A stretch of 64,000 nt of DNA. Source: Pseudomonadota bacterium. GTDB taxonomy: Bacteria > Pseudomonadota > Gammaproteobacteria > Acidiferrobacterales > Acidiferrobacteraceae. Where the stretch lies: positions 13,295-77,294 of the forward strand of contig JAJYDT010000001.1 of NCBI GenBank assembly GCA_021777335.1. The letters run 5' to 3'. A program made the position numbers and the translations under genes. Below are positions 41,756 through 51,210 of this stretch, one piece after another. Numbering within the stretch: position 1 is the stretch's first letter; each line of letters opens with the position of its first letter. The notes below the pieces were generated by a model, which did not search any database, had not been told where the DNA came from, and saw only the letters and a list, made by a program, of their open reading frames with translations.

Positions 41756-41991
41756 GGCGCGGCCGTTATCAGGTGTTGTTATGCCTGGCCGTTTAGTATA
41801 ACGCAAAGCAGGGACCGCCGTTTGGGCGAAATGAGCCGGCGTTGGGCTACAATGAGGTGGCATAAATGAAGCGGCACATCGCGCGTACCGGCAGTGTCCT
41901 GGGCGCGAAATGTGTCTCGACGGAGGTCTTGCATGTCGTTGCGGGAGCCAGGATGGATAGGCCGCGGTTCAATAGGGATCAGGAGGGTCTC

Positions 41992-43032
41992 ATGCCCGCG
42001 CGCAAGGCGGTAGCCCTGATTTCCGGGGGGCTCGATTCGATGCTGGCCGCGCGCCTCATGCAGGACCAGGGCGTACACGTGGAAGGCCTCAACTTTTTCA
42101 CCGGATTCTGTGTTGAAGGACATACGCATGCGATCCGAAAGGACAAGCGGGCCCGCCCGCTGCGCAACAACGCCCTGTGGTCGGCAGAGCAGCTCGGTAT
42201 CCGTCTGCATATCATCGACGTGGTTGATGAGTATAAGGATATCGTGATCAACCCGCGCCACGGGTATGGCGCGCACCTCAATCCATGTCTCGATTGCAAG
42301 GGGTTCATGGTGCGAAAGGCGCGGGAGTGGATGGAGACGCACGGGTTCGATTTCATCATCACCGGCGAGGTTCTGGGCCAGCGCCCGAAATCCCAGCGAC
42401 GGGACACATTCCCGATCGTTGCGCGCGAATCCGGCGCGTTCGACCTGCTGCTGCGCCCATTGAGCGCGAAACTCCTTCCGCCGACCCGTCCCGAGCGCGA
42501 AGGGTGGGTTGACCGGGAGCGCCTGCTGGCATTGAACGGTCGTGGCCGCAAGCCACAGATCGGGCTTGCCGGAACATTCGGGTTCAATGACTACGCCCAG
42601 CCCGCCGGGGGCTGCTGTTTCCTGACGGACGAAAACTATGCGCGTCGATTGTCGGATCTGTGGCAAAGCCGCGGCGACAAGCGTTATGACCTCGACGACA
42701 TCATGTTACTCAAGGTGGGTCGCCACCTGCGTGTGAGTCCGGCGTTCAAGCTCATCATCGGTCGCGAGGAGGGAGAGAACCGTTTTCTCCGTGGCTACCG
42801 CCAGCGGTTCACGCATCTTGCGGCCACCGACTACGAAGGCCCCCTGGTGCTCGTGGTGGGTGAGGCTGGCGAGGACGGGTTGATGCTCGCCGCGCGCATC
42901 ACTGCGCGCTTTGGCCAGGGCCGGGAGGCCGGAACCGTGTGCGTGCTTGCACAGGTGCCGGACGGGACCGAACGGGAGTTCCACGTCACGCCGCTTCCTT
43001 CCTCCGAGTTGCCGCCCGAGTGGTACCTGTGA
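41992..43032 (+). CDS. PP-loop ATP pyrophosphatase superfamily protein (MnmA/ThiI-like thiolation enzyme candidate)
   Basis: ALISGGLDS PP-loop and Cys motifs (FTGFC, NPCLDCK, GGCCF). ATG 41992 is preceded by AGGAGGG. 346 aa. Confidence 0.75.
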   Translation: MPARKAVALISGGLDSMLAARLMQDQGVHVEGLNFFTGFCVEGHTHAIRKDKRARPLRNNALWSAEQLGIRLHIIDVVDEYKDIVINPRHGYGAHLNPCLDCKGFMVRKAREWMETHGFDFIITGEVLGQRPKSQRRDTFPIVARESGAFDLLLRPLSAKLLPPTRPEREGWVDRERLLALNGRGRKPQIGLAGTFGFNDYAQPAGGCCFLTDENYARRLSDLWQSRGDKRYDLDDIMLLKVGRHLRVSPAFKLIIGREEGENRFLRGYRQRFTHLAATDYEGPLVLVVGEAGEDGLMLAARITARFGQGREAGTVCVLAQVPDGTEREFHVTPLPSSELPPEWYL

Positions 43033-43280
43033 AACTTCATGCTGAAATCGTGGACGCACGCCGTTTGCTGTGCCCCATGCCAGTGATCCGCGCCCAGGAG
43101 CGGATCGGGCAGCTTGCCCCCGGTGACATGGTCGAGATTCTGTGCAGCGATCCCGGCGCGCTTCATGACATCCCGGCCTGGTGCCGGCTGCACGGGCATA
43201 CGGTGCTTTCGACGGTCACCGAGGATGACGAGATCCGGGTGACCGTGCGTGTGGGACCGCGTGTAACGCCCGGGCTCTGA
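43029..43280 (+). CDS. TusA/SirA-family sulfur carrier protein
   Basis: LCPMPV active-site Cys motif. 83 aa from GTG 43029, overlapping the previous TGA (GTGA). Confidence 0.8.
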   Translation: MKLHAEIVDARRLLCPMPVIRAQERIGQLAPGDMVEILCSDPGALHDIPAWCRLHGHTVLSTVTEDDEIRVTVRVGPRVTPGL

Positions 43281-43281
43281 C

Positions 43282-44451
43282 ATGGACGCGCACGCACGTC
43301 TGCTGGTCGATCCGCGATTGCGTCAGGACCAGCGCTATTTTGACAGCCGGCGCGCTATCGGCGTCTCCATGTCGGTCAATCTCGTGGTCGCACTCGCACA
43401 GATCGCGATCGGGTTCCTCGGGGCCTCGCAGGGTCTCGTCGCCGGGGGTTTTGAGTCGCTGTCGGACCTGCTGACCGATACCCTGATCCTCGTGGCCGCG
43501 AAACACTCGGCGAAGGCGGCGGACGAGGATCATCCCTACGGGCACGCGCGGATCGAGACGGCCGCGAGCGCCGGGCTGGGGGCGCTGATGATCATGCTCG
43601 GTGCCGCGCTCGCCATCCGGGGTGGATTACGCGTCAGCATGAAGTCGCTGCCGCCACCGGCGATGGTTACCCTGGCGGCGGCGGTGGTGGTGATCCTTGC
43701 CAAGGAGATGCTCTACCGCTACCTGCTCCGGGTATCCCGTCGCATCAACTCAAACCTGCTGCGCGCGAGCGCCTGGCATTACCGCAGTGACGCTTTTTCC
43801 TCAATCGTGATCGCGGTCGGCATCGTGGGTGCGCTTGCCGGGGTGCGTTATCTCGACGCGGTGGCCGCCATCGGCATCGCCCTCTTCATCATGAAGACCG
43901 GGGCCGAGATCGGGTGGCGCGCGGCGCGCGAGCTTGTGGACACAGGTCTTGAGGCGGATCAGTTGCGGCGCATGCGGGCGTTGATCCTTTCGGTTGCCGG
44001 TGTCCGAACCCTGCATCAGCTGCGTACGCGACGTACCGGTGGCGTGGTGCTGGTTGATCTTCATATTGAGGTCGACGGTATGGTCAGCGTATCCGAAGGG
44101 CACCAGATCAGCGAGGCGGTACGCAGCAAACTTGTCCACGAGATGGAGCATGTCGCGGACGTCGTCGTCCATATCGATCCGGAGGATGACGAGACTGAGG
44201 CGCCAAGTGACCATCTCCCGCCACGGGATGTCGTGCTCGAGCGTCTGCGCCACCATTTCGCCGATATCACGCAGGCCACGCGTATCGAACGTTTCCAGCT
44301 GCATTATCTGAACGGAGGGGTACATGTTGAACTGGTCCTGCCGTTTGCCTCAGTCACCGGGTGTGAGGATGCACGCCTGCTCCAGGACCGTTTCCGCCGG
44401 GCGGCCCAGACAGACCCCGACATCCGCCGGGTGGACGTGCTCTTCCACTGA
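43282..44451 (+). CDS. cation diffusion facilitator (CDF) family transporter
   Basis: Six TM segments with HYRSDAFSS and a C-terminal cytoplasmic domain. ATG lies 1 nt after the tusA-like stop. Confidence 0.85.
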   Translation: MDAHARLLVDPRLRQDQRYFDSRRAIGVSMSVNLVVALAQIAIGFLGASQGLVAGGFESLSDLLTDTLILVAAKHSAKAADEDHPYGHARIETAASAGLGALMIMLGAALAIRGGLRVSMKSLPPPAMVTLAAAVVVILAKEMLYRYLLRVSRRINSNLLRASAWHYRSDAFSSIVIAVGIVGALAGVRYLDAVAAIGIALFIMKTGAEIGWRAARELVDTGLEADQLRRMRALILSVAGVRTLHQLRTRRTGGVVLVDLHIEVDGMVSVSEGHQISEAVRSKLVHEMEHVADVVVHIDPEDDETEAPSDHLPPRDVVLERLRHHFADITQATRIERFQLHYLNGGVHVELVLPFASVTGCEDARLLQDRFRRAAQTDPDIRRVDVLFH

Positions 44452-44468
44452 TGCACCAGTATGGTGCA
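44452..44468. promoter_or_regulatory. NtrC binding site (perfect palindrome) upstream of glnA
   Basis: TGCACC-agtat-GGTGCA matches the enterobacterial NtrC consensus TGCACC-N5-GGTGCA. Lies about 100 nt upstream of the sigma54 promoter. Confidence 0.7.
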
Positions 44469-44551
44469 ATCGGCGAGGCATTGCGCACCAGGTCGGGGCG
44501 GGGCCCGGCAACGGGGCGGCGCAAACGCTGGAAATCGTTTGGTTTTGCCGT

Positions 44552-44567
44552 TGGCATATTTCATGCA
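44552..44567 (+). promoter_or_regulatory. sigma54 (-24/-12) promoter of glnA
   Basis: TGGCAT-atttc-ATGCA, with GG-N10-GC spacing correct. Lies 68 nt upstream of the glnA ATG. Confidence 0.7.
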
Positions 44568-44634
44568 AAAATGGCCGCCACGAACCCGGCCTTTTGGCCC
44601 CGTAGTCCCATATCTCCCGAGGAGGAACACCAGG

Positions 44635-46044
44635 ATGTCTGCCGCCGATGTGTTAAAGATGGTAAAAGACAAAGCCGTCAAATTCGTGGATTTCCGATTC
44701 ACGGACACGAAGGGCAAGGAACAGCATGTTTCCGCGCCGGCGCATACGGTCGACGAGACACTGTTCCGGGATGGCAAGATGTTCGATGGTTCGTCGATTG
44801 TCGGCTGGAAGCATATCAATGAATCCGACATGATCCTGATGCCGGATGCGTCGACCGCCGTCATGGATCCGTTCACCGAAGAGCCGACACTGCTGCTGCG
44901 GTGTGACGTCGTCGAGCCGACGACGATGAAAGGCTACGAGCGCGATCCGCGCTCAATCGCCCGGCGCGCCGAGGAGCACCTTAAGAGCACCGGCATCGCG
45001 GATTCCGCCTATTTCGGACCGGAGCCCGAATTCTTCATTTTCGACGACGTCCGCTGGGGCGCCGATATGAGCGGGTCGTTCTGTAAAGTTGATTCGGAAG
45101 AGGCGAGCTGGAACAGCGAGAAGACCTACGAAGGGGGGAATCTTGGGCATCGTCCGGGGGTGAAGGGCGGCTATTTCCCGGTTCCGCCGGTTGACTCTTC
45201 TCAGGACATCCGTTCGGCGATGGCGCTTGCCATGGAAGAGATGGGGCTCGTTGTCGAGGCCCATCATCACGAGGTCGCGACTGCAAACCAGAACGAGATC
45301 GCGACCCAGTTCGCAACGCTCGTGCGCAAGGCCGATGAACTGCAAATCCTGAAATATTGCGTGCACAATGTTGCCAACAGCTACGGCAAGACCGCGACCT
45401 TCATGCCGAAGCCTCTGGTGGGCGACAACGGGTCCGGTATGCATTGCCACCAGTCGCTGGGCAAGGGCGGCAAGAACCTGTTCACCGGCGACGGTTATGC
45501 CGGCCTGAGCGAGCTCGCCCTGTTCTATATCGGCGGCATCATCAAGCACGCCCGTGCCCTGAACGCCATCACCAATCCGCTCACGAACAGCTACAAGCGC
45601 CTGGTGCCCGGTTTCGAGGCCCCGGTCATGCTGGCGTATTCGGCCCGTAACCGTTCGGCATCGATCCGTGTTCCGTACGTCGCCAATCCGAAGGGGCGCC
45701 GGATCGAGGTGCGTTTCCCGGATCCGGGCAGCAACCCCTATCTGGCGTTTTCCGCCATGATGATGGCGGGTCTCGATGGCATCCAGAACAAGATTCACCC
45801 AGGTGAACCAGTCGACAAGGATCTGTACGAACTTTCGGAAAAAGAATCCCGGAAGATCCCGACAGTGTGTCATTCACTCGATATGGCGCTGGATGCGCTG
45901 GACAAGGACCGGAAGTTCCTGACTGCGGGCGGTGTGTTCACGGATGACGTGATCGATGCCTACATGGACCTCAAGATGCAGGAGGTCACGCGTCTGCGCA
46001 TGACCACACATCCAGTCGAGTTCGATCTTTACTACAGCGTCTGA
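44635..46044 (+). CDS. glnA: glutamine synthetase type I
   Basis: 469 aa from ATG 44635 (GAGGAGG upstream). [43 protein letters not shown]. Confidence 0.96.
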   Translation: MSAADVLKMVKDKAVKFVDFRFTDTKGKEQHVSAPAHTVDETLFRDGKMFDGSSIVGWKHINESDMILMPDASTAVMDPFTEEPTLLLRCDVVEPTTMKGYERDPRSIARRAEEHLKSTGIADSAYFGPEPEFFIFDDVRWGADMSGSFCKVDSEEASWNSEKTYEGGNLGHRPGVKGGYFPVPPVDSSQDIRSAMALAMEEMGLVVEAHHHEVATANQNEIATQFATLVRKADELQILKYCVHNVANSYGKTATFMPKPLVGDNGSGMHCHQSLGKGGKNLFTGDGYAGLSELALFYIGGIIKHARALNAITNPLTNSYKRLVPGFEAPVMLAYSARNRSASIRVPYVANPKGRRIEVRFPDPGSNPYLAFSAMMMAGLDGIQNKIHPGEPVDKDLYELSEKESRKIPTVCHSLDMALDALDKDRKFLTAGGVFTDDVIDAYMDLKMQEVTRLRMTTHPVEFDLYYSV

Positions 46045-46061
46045 TCTCGTTTGGCCGAGGA

Positions 46062-46088
46062 GGCGCCCTTCCGCTCTGGAAGGGCGCC
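46062..46088 (+). terminator. terminator/attenuator after glnA
   Basis: GGCGCCCTTCC-gctct-GGAAGGGCGCC followed by CTGCCTTCTTATT, 18 nt after the glnA stop. Confidence 0.65.
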
Positions 46089-46124
46089 CTGCCTTCTTAT
46101 TCCAGATCCCCGTTCCTCCCAGGC

Positions 46125-46141
46125 TGCACCATTGTAGTGCA
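46125..46141. promoter_or_regulatory. NtrC-like site upstream of ntrB
   Basis: TGCACC-attgt-AGTGCA has one mismatch to the consensus. Positioned like the autoregulatory site at the enterobacterial glnL promoter. Confidence 0.5.
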
Positions 46142-46233
46142 ACCACCCGATTGTCGGGTTACACTGAAGTGCGGTGACTCATTGAAGTAGCACGATATTG
46201 ATCCTTGGTGCGGTTCTTGCGTAGGCGTCAGCC

Positions 46234-47283
46234 ATGTCTATCCCTGCCCAGTCCATCATCGAGAACCTCGCCACCGCAGTGCTGGTTCTCGATGCGCGTC
46301 TGCAGTTTCAACAGATGAACCCGGCGGCCGAGACGCTGTTCGAGATCAGCGCGAGGCAACTCTACGGACAGCCACTGGCACGTTTCCTGCCACAGGCGCG
46401 CCGGCTTCTGCGGCTGCTTCGCCAGGCGCTTGCCACCGGGCATCCGTTCACCGAGCGGGGTCTTGTGGTCATACTGCCCACGCGTTCTATCACCGTCGAC
46501 TGTACCGTGAGTGTCCTCACGAGCACCGATCATGCCCATGCGAGTACGCTGCTTGTCGAGCTCAACCACGTGGACCGCTGGCTGCGCCTGACGCGTGACG
46601 AAAGCATGCTGGACCGGCACGCTGCGACGCGCGCAGTCATCCGCGGACTTGCCCATGAGATCAAGAATCCGCTGGGTGGTCTGCGCGGGGCAGCGCAGCT
46701 GCTAGAACGGGCATTGCCGGATCCCGGGCTCGCGGAATACACCCGCATCATTATCCAGGAGGCTGATCGGCTGCGGGCGCTTGTCGACAGCATGATCGGC
46801 CCCACCCGCCCGATCCGCAAGATACCGACCAATATCCACCAGGTCTTCGAGCACGTCCGGCGGCTCATACTGGCCGAGGTGCCTGAAGGTATCGTGCTCA
46901 AACGCGACTATGACCCGAGCGTCCCCGAGATCCAGGGTGATCCCGATCAGCTGATCCAGGCGGTGCTCAATATTGTTCGCAATGCTGTCCAGGTGCTGAA
47001 TCAGCGTGGGCACATCCACCTGCGCTCACGTATCGAACGCCAGATGACATTGGGTCAGAAGCGTCACCGCCTGGTGCTGCGCGCGGAGATCGAGGACGAC
47101 GGACCGGGCATCCCTGACGAGATCGCCGAATACATCTTCTATCCGATGGTGACGGGGCGCGCGGATGGTGTAGGCCTCGGGCTTTCGATTGCGCAGGCGA
47201 TCGCCAACCAGCATGGAGGGCTGATCGAGTGCAGCAGCCGTCCCGGCCGTACCGTTTTCACGATTTATCTGCCGCTGGAGTAA
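46234..47283 (+). CDS. glnL: nitrogen regulation sensor histidine kinase NtrB
   Basis: PAS-like N-terminus, H-box RGLAHEIKNPLGG, and N/G boxes. 349 aa. Confidence 0.92.
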   Translation: MSIPAQSIIENLATAVLVLDARLQFQQMNPAAETLFEISARQLYGQPLARFLPQARRLLRLLRQALATGHPFTERGLVVILPTRSITVDCTVSVLTSTDHAHASTLLVELNHVDRWLRLTRDESMLDRHAATRAVIRGLAHEIKNPLGGLRGAAQLLERALPDPGLAEYTRIIIQEADRLRALVDSMIGPTRPIRKIPTNIHQVFEHVRRLILAEVPEGIVLKRDYDPSVPEIQGDPDQLIQAVLNIVRNAVQVLNQRGHIHLRSRIERQMTLGQKRHRLVLRAEIEDDGPGIPDEIAEYIFYPMVTGRADGVGLGLSIAQAIANQHGGLIECSSRPGRTVFTIYLPLE

Positions 47284-47288
47284 ACGAC

Positions 47289-48674
47289 ATGTCCAAGACG
47301 AACGAGGTGTGGGTGGTCGATGACGACCAGTCCATCCGCTGGGTACTCCAGAGGGCATTCGAACAGGCGGGCCTCACGATCTCGTGCTTCGAGTCGGCAG
47401 AGCCCGTGCTCGCATTGCTCGAACGGGAACGGCCTGCCGTGCTCATCACCGATATCCGGATGCCCGGACCGAGCGGTCTTGAGCTGCTCGAACGGATACA
47501 GCACCTCGCGCCTGACCTGCCCGTGATCGTGGTTACCGCGCATACCGATCTGGAAAGTGCGGTGAGCGCCTATCGTGGTGGTGCCTTCGAGTATCTGCCG
47601 AAGCCATTCGATGTTGATGACATCGTGCGGCTGGCCCGGCGTGCGCTTGATGAGCAGACGCGGAGGTCGGGGCGCGGCACCGAGGATGGGCGCGTCCAGG
47701 AGATCATTGGCGAAGCGCCGGCAATGCAGGAGGTATTCCGTGCCATCGGCCGTCTTTCCGGTTCACACGTCACAGTGCTGATCAGTGGCGAGTCCGGGAC
47801 CGGAAAGGAGCTGGTCGCGCGCGCGTTGCATACGCACAGCCCGCGATCCGCCCGGCCGTTCATCGCGATCAACACGGCGGCGGTGCCCGCGGAACTGCTG
47901 GAGTCAGAGCTCTTTGGCCATGAGCGTGGCGCATTCACGGGGGCGGTCTCGCAGCGCAAGGGTCGATTCGAGCAGGCCGATGGCGGCACGCTGTTCCTGG
48001 ACGAGATCGGTGACATGCCTGCGGCGCTGCAGACCCGTCTGCTGCGGGTGCTCGCCGATGGGCGCTTCTACCGCGTGGGTGGTCATGAGCAGATTGCAAG
48101 CGACGTGCGCATTATTGCTGCCACCAACCATGACCTCGAGGCGCGCGTCCGCGAAGGGGCATTCCGTGAGGACCTGTTCCACCGGCTTAATGTCATACGG
48201 ATCCATGTTCCCCCGCTGCGCGAACGAAGGGATGACATCCCGACGCTTGCGCGCCGTTTTCTTCAGAACGTCGCGTCGGAACTGAAGGTGGAAACAAAGG
48301 AGCTGCTCGGCGAGACCGAACAACACCTGAAAGCGTTGCAGTGGCCGGGCAATGTGCGCCAGCTTGAGAACGCATGCCGGTGGCTGACGGTCATGGCGCC
48401 AGCACGACAGGTCAGGGTTGAGGATTTGTCTCCGGAGTTCCGGGGGTCGCAGGCGCACAGGCATCCCGATTGGCGGGATGCGCTCAGGGAATACATTCAG
48501 CTCAAGCTTGCCTCGGGAGAGGCAGACATTCTCAGCGGTGCGGTCAGGGAATTCGAGCGCATCGTGCTCAGTACCGCGCTTCAGTATACCCGTGGGCACA
48601 AGCAGGAGGCGGCGCGCAGGCTCGGCTGGGGACGTAACACGATCGCGCGGAAATTGAAAGAGCTTGGTCTTTGA
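47289..48674 (+). CDS. glnG: nitrogen regulation response regulator NtrC (sigma54 activator)
   Basis: Receiver domain (VWVVDDD...DIRMPG), AAA+ domain (GESGTGKE, GAFTGA) and a C-terminal HTH. Start is ATG 47289. Confidence 0.94.
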   Translation: MSKTNEVWVVDDDQSIRWVLQRAFEQAGLTISCFESAEPVLALLERERPAVLITDIRMPGPSGLELLERIQHLAPDLPVIVVTAHTDLESAVSAYRGGAFEYLPKPFDVDDIVRLARRALDEQTRRSGRGTEDGRVQEIIGEAPAMQEVFRAIGRLSGSHVTVLISGESGTGKELVARALHTHSPRSARPFIAINTAAVPAELLESELFGHERGAFTGAVSQRKGRFEQADGGTLFLDEIGDMPAALQTRLLRVLADGRFYRVGGHEQIASDVRIIAATNHDLEARVREGAFREDLFHRLNVIRIHVPPLRERRDDIPTLARRFLQNVASELKVETKELLGETEQHLKALQWPGNVRQLENACRWLTVMAPARQVRVEDLSPEFRGSQAHRHPDWRDALREYIQLKLASGEADILSGAVREFERIVLSTALQYTRGHKQEAARRLGWGRNTIARKLKELGL

Positions 48675-48769
48675 CCCGGGCGCCCGATTGGTGCGTCTTG
48701 CCACAGCGGCATCTCCTGACCAGCGCCATTGTTCACCCGTGAGAGGGCCGTGCCATCATCGGCGCAGGG

Positions 48770-49996
48770 TCAGGACGAGGATTGCCCGCATGGGCGCGCG
48801 AGGAAGGGCAGGTCGCCCTTGATCCCGCTTGCGTACCGCATGACCTCGCGTTTGACAGGGGTCAGCGTGTCAAATACCCGCAGACCGGTGCGGCGCGTTT
48901 TGCCCCAGAGCCGCCCCGGTCGCGGAAACAGGTCGTGAAAGAGGTCGATGGCGGCGAGCATGGGTGTGTTTGCGGACCGCCGCCAGCGTTCGTACCGCCG
49001 CAGTGCTGCGCGTGCCCCCGGGTCCCGCCCCGCGGTTCTCGCATCGATCAGGACCTCCGCCAGCGTGGCCGCATCGGCGAGTCCAAGATTCACTCCCTGG
49101 CCGGCAAGCGGATGGACATGATGGGCGGCATCTCCCGCGAGCGCGAGCCGTTCCCCGATATAACGCTGCGCACGCGCGCGAATGAGCGGAAACGCCTGTC
49201 GCGGAACGCAGGTGCTGATCTCGCCAAACTCGTCGCCGCAGGCTGCGCGCAGGGCGTCGGCGAAGGCCTCGTCGCCGAGCGCGCACAATTCCCGGGCCTG
49301 CGCTTCAGCAAGCGACCAGATGAGGCTGCGCTCGCCGGGATCCGGGAGCGGCAACAGCGCAAGCGGGCCCCCTGGAAGGAAACGCTGCCATGCCTGTTGC
49401 CCATGCGGAACACGTGTCCGCACGGTTGTGGTGATCGCGGTCTCGTGATAAGGATGGGTCTCGAGTCCGATGCCGCCGCTCCCGCGGATCAGCGAGTATG
49501 CACCGTCGGACGCGACCGCAAGTCGTGCCCGCAGGGTATCTCCCGTTGCAAGCCGCAGTTCCCCGTCCCGTGACGAGGCGATCCACTGCACGGCCCCGCT
49601 GTCCCTGTGGCTGATGGTGTCCGGATATGCCTTGATGCGGCGTGTGAGCGCGGCCATGAGTTCCGCATATTCGACAACATATCCAAGATCCTTTCTGCCG
49701 ATCTCTGCTGCATCGAATGTGACTGAAGCACCATCTTCACACACCCGCATGCGCCGGATCTCGGCCACGGACCCCGGGGTGATGAGTGTCCACACACCGA
49801 GATGCGCGAGTATGCGCTGCGACGCAACGGTCAGTGCGAGACCGCGGCGGTCGCGTTCCGGGGACGATTTCGCCGGTGGTCCGCCACGCTCGCACAGGGC
49901 GATTTTCCATCCATTGGCGGCCAGTGCGCATGCGAGCACGGTCCCGACAGGACCAGCGCCGGCGATAACGATATCGCTACGTTCCCCGTCGTTCAC
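48770..49996 (-). CDS. ubiI: FAD-dependent ubiquinone-biosynthesis hydroxylase (UbiI/VisC-like)
   Basis: IVIAGAGPVG...GDAAHHVHPLAGQG. GTG 49996 overlaps the upstream TGA. Paralogue assignment rests on the E. coli pepP-ubiH-ubiI order. Confidence 0.75.
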   Translation of the reverse strand: MNDGERSDIVIAGAGPVGTVLACALAANGWKIALCERGGPPAKSSPERDRRGLALTVASQRILAHLGVWTLITPGSVAEIRRMRVCEDGASVTFDAAEIGRKDLGYVVEYAELMAALTRRIKAYPDTISHRDSGAVQWIASSRDGELRLATGDTLRARLAVASDGAYSLIRGSGGIGLETHPYHETAITTTVRTRVPHGQQAWQRFLPGGPLALLPLPDPGERSLIWSLAEAQARELCALGDEAFADALRAACGDEFGEISTCVPRQAFPLIRARAQRYIGERLALAGDAAHHVHPLAGQGVNLGLADAATLAEVLIDARTAGRDPGARAALRRYERWRRSANTPMLAAIDLFHDLFPRPGRLWGKTRRTGLRVFDTLTPVKREVMRYASGIKGDLPFLARPCGQSSS

Positions 49997-51210
49997 GTCA
50001 GATGTTCCTGCAAAAGCGGTGGTAGCCGCCCGGAAAGTCCCATGCTCCGCAGGGCGAGCATCGCCTTCAGGGGTGGAGCCGCATCGACCAGCGCAAGACC
50101 AATGCCTCGCAGCGCGCCAAGCCCAGGCATAGGGTTCGAAAATATCCGAACGAGCGCATGGGTGAATGTCGAGGTGAGCCACACATCGCGCCGCCGCCGC
50201 CGCTCATAGGTTTCAAGCAGCGATGGTTTTCCTGGGTCGGCGCCGCAGTCTTCCAGAAGCTCCGCGAGCACGGCGACGTCGCGCAGGCCGAGATTGAGCC
50301 CCTGCGCAGCGACCGGGTGCAGCGTGTGGGCGGCGTTGCCGACGAGAACCACCCTCGGCGCAGTGAATGCCGTGGCCAGGATGCGCCGCAGCGGGAATGA
50401 CTGTGGCACACCGAATTCCTGAAACTGTCCCAGACGTCGTCCGAAACGGCGTTCGGCCAGCTCGCGTACCGCAAGTGGCGAGACCGTTTTCATCTGCTCG
50501 GCGTCCGCTGCGGATAGGGCAAGCACGACTCCACAACGGCCGTTGCTTCGCGGCAGCACCGCAACCGGGCCCGAAGGCGTGAAGCGTTCGAAGGCGATTC
50601 CCGGAGCGGCAAACTCGGGCGTGAATCCGGCAATGAAGGCCGTCTGGCGATAGTCCGTGGTATGTGCGGTGATATGGGCAAGCTCCCGTACACAGGATTG
50701 AGTGCCGTCGCTTGCCACCAGCAAGCGGCAGTGGATTTCGTGCTCATCTTCCCCATGCGTGACACGGACCATGAGATGGGATCCATGGTCGCTGTAGCCA
50801 CTGACCCTGGCACCGGACAACAGTGTGATGCGTTTATCGGTTGCGAGCACACCGGCGAGGGCCGCGGCCAGGCGGCGGTTCTCGAAGACATAGCCGAGTG
50901 CGTCAACGCCAAGGTCACGCGCGTCCAGGTGCACCGTGCCTGACAGCCTGCCGGCGTCGGTGACATGGATCTCACGAATCAGGGCCGGTCCGCAGGCGGC
51001 GAGTTCGGGCCAGATGCCTGCCCCATCGAACAGTCTGCGGGAACTCTGGGAAAGTGTCAGCGAACGGTCGTCATCGTTCGCGCCCGCGTTTTCGGGCGCG
51101 CCGCGCGCCTCGACCACCGTCACGCGCAGTGGCGAACGGGCAAGCGCGAGCGCGAGCGCGGTGCCGGTCATTCCCCCGCCTGCGATCAGGACGTCGCACT
51201 CGAGGCTCAT
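49993..51210 (-). CDS. ubiH: FAD-dependent ubiquinone-biosynthesis hydroxylase (UbiH-like)
   Basis: VLIAGGGMTG...GNAAHTLHPVAAQG. ATG 51210 overlaps the pepP stop (ATGA). Confidence 0.75.
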   Translation of the reverse strand: MSLECDVLIAGGGMTGTALALALARSPLRVTVVEARGAPENAGANDDDRSLTLSQSSRRLFDGAGIWPELAACGPALIREIHVTDAGRLSGTVHLDARDLGVDALGYVFENRRLAAALAGVLATDKRITLLSGARVSGYSDHGSHLMVRVTHGEDEHEIHCRLLVASDGTQSCVRELAHITAHTTDYRQTAFIAGFTPEFAAPGIAFERFTPSGPVAVLPRSNGRCGVVLALSAADAEQMKTVSPLAVRELAERRFGRRLGQFQEFGVPQSFPLRRILATAFTAPRVVLVGNAAHTLHPVAAQGLNLGLRDVAVLAELLEDCGADPGKPSLLETYERRRRRDVWLTSTFTHALVRIFSNPMPGLGALRGIGLALVDAAPPLKAMLALRSMGLSGRLPPLLQEHLT

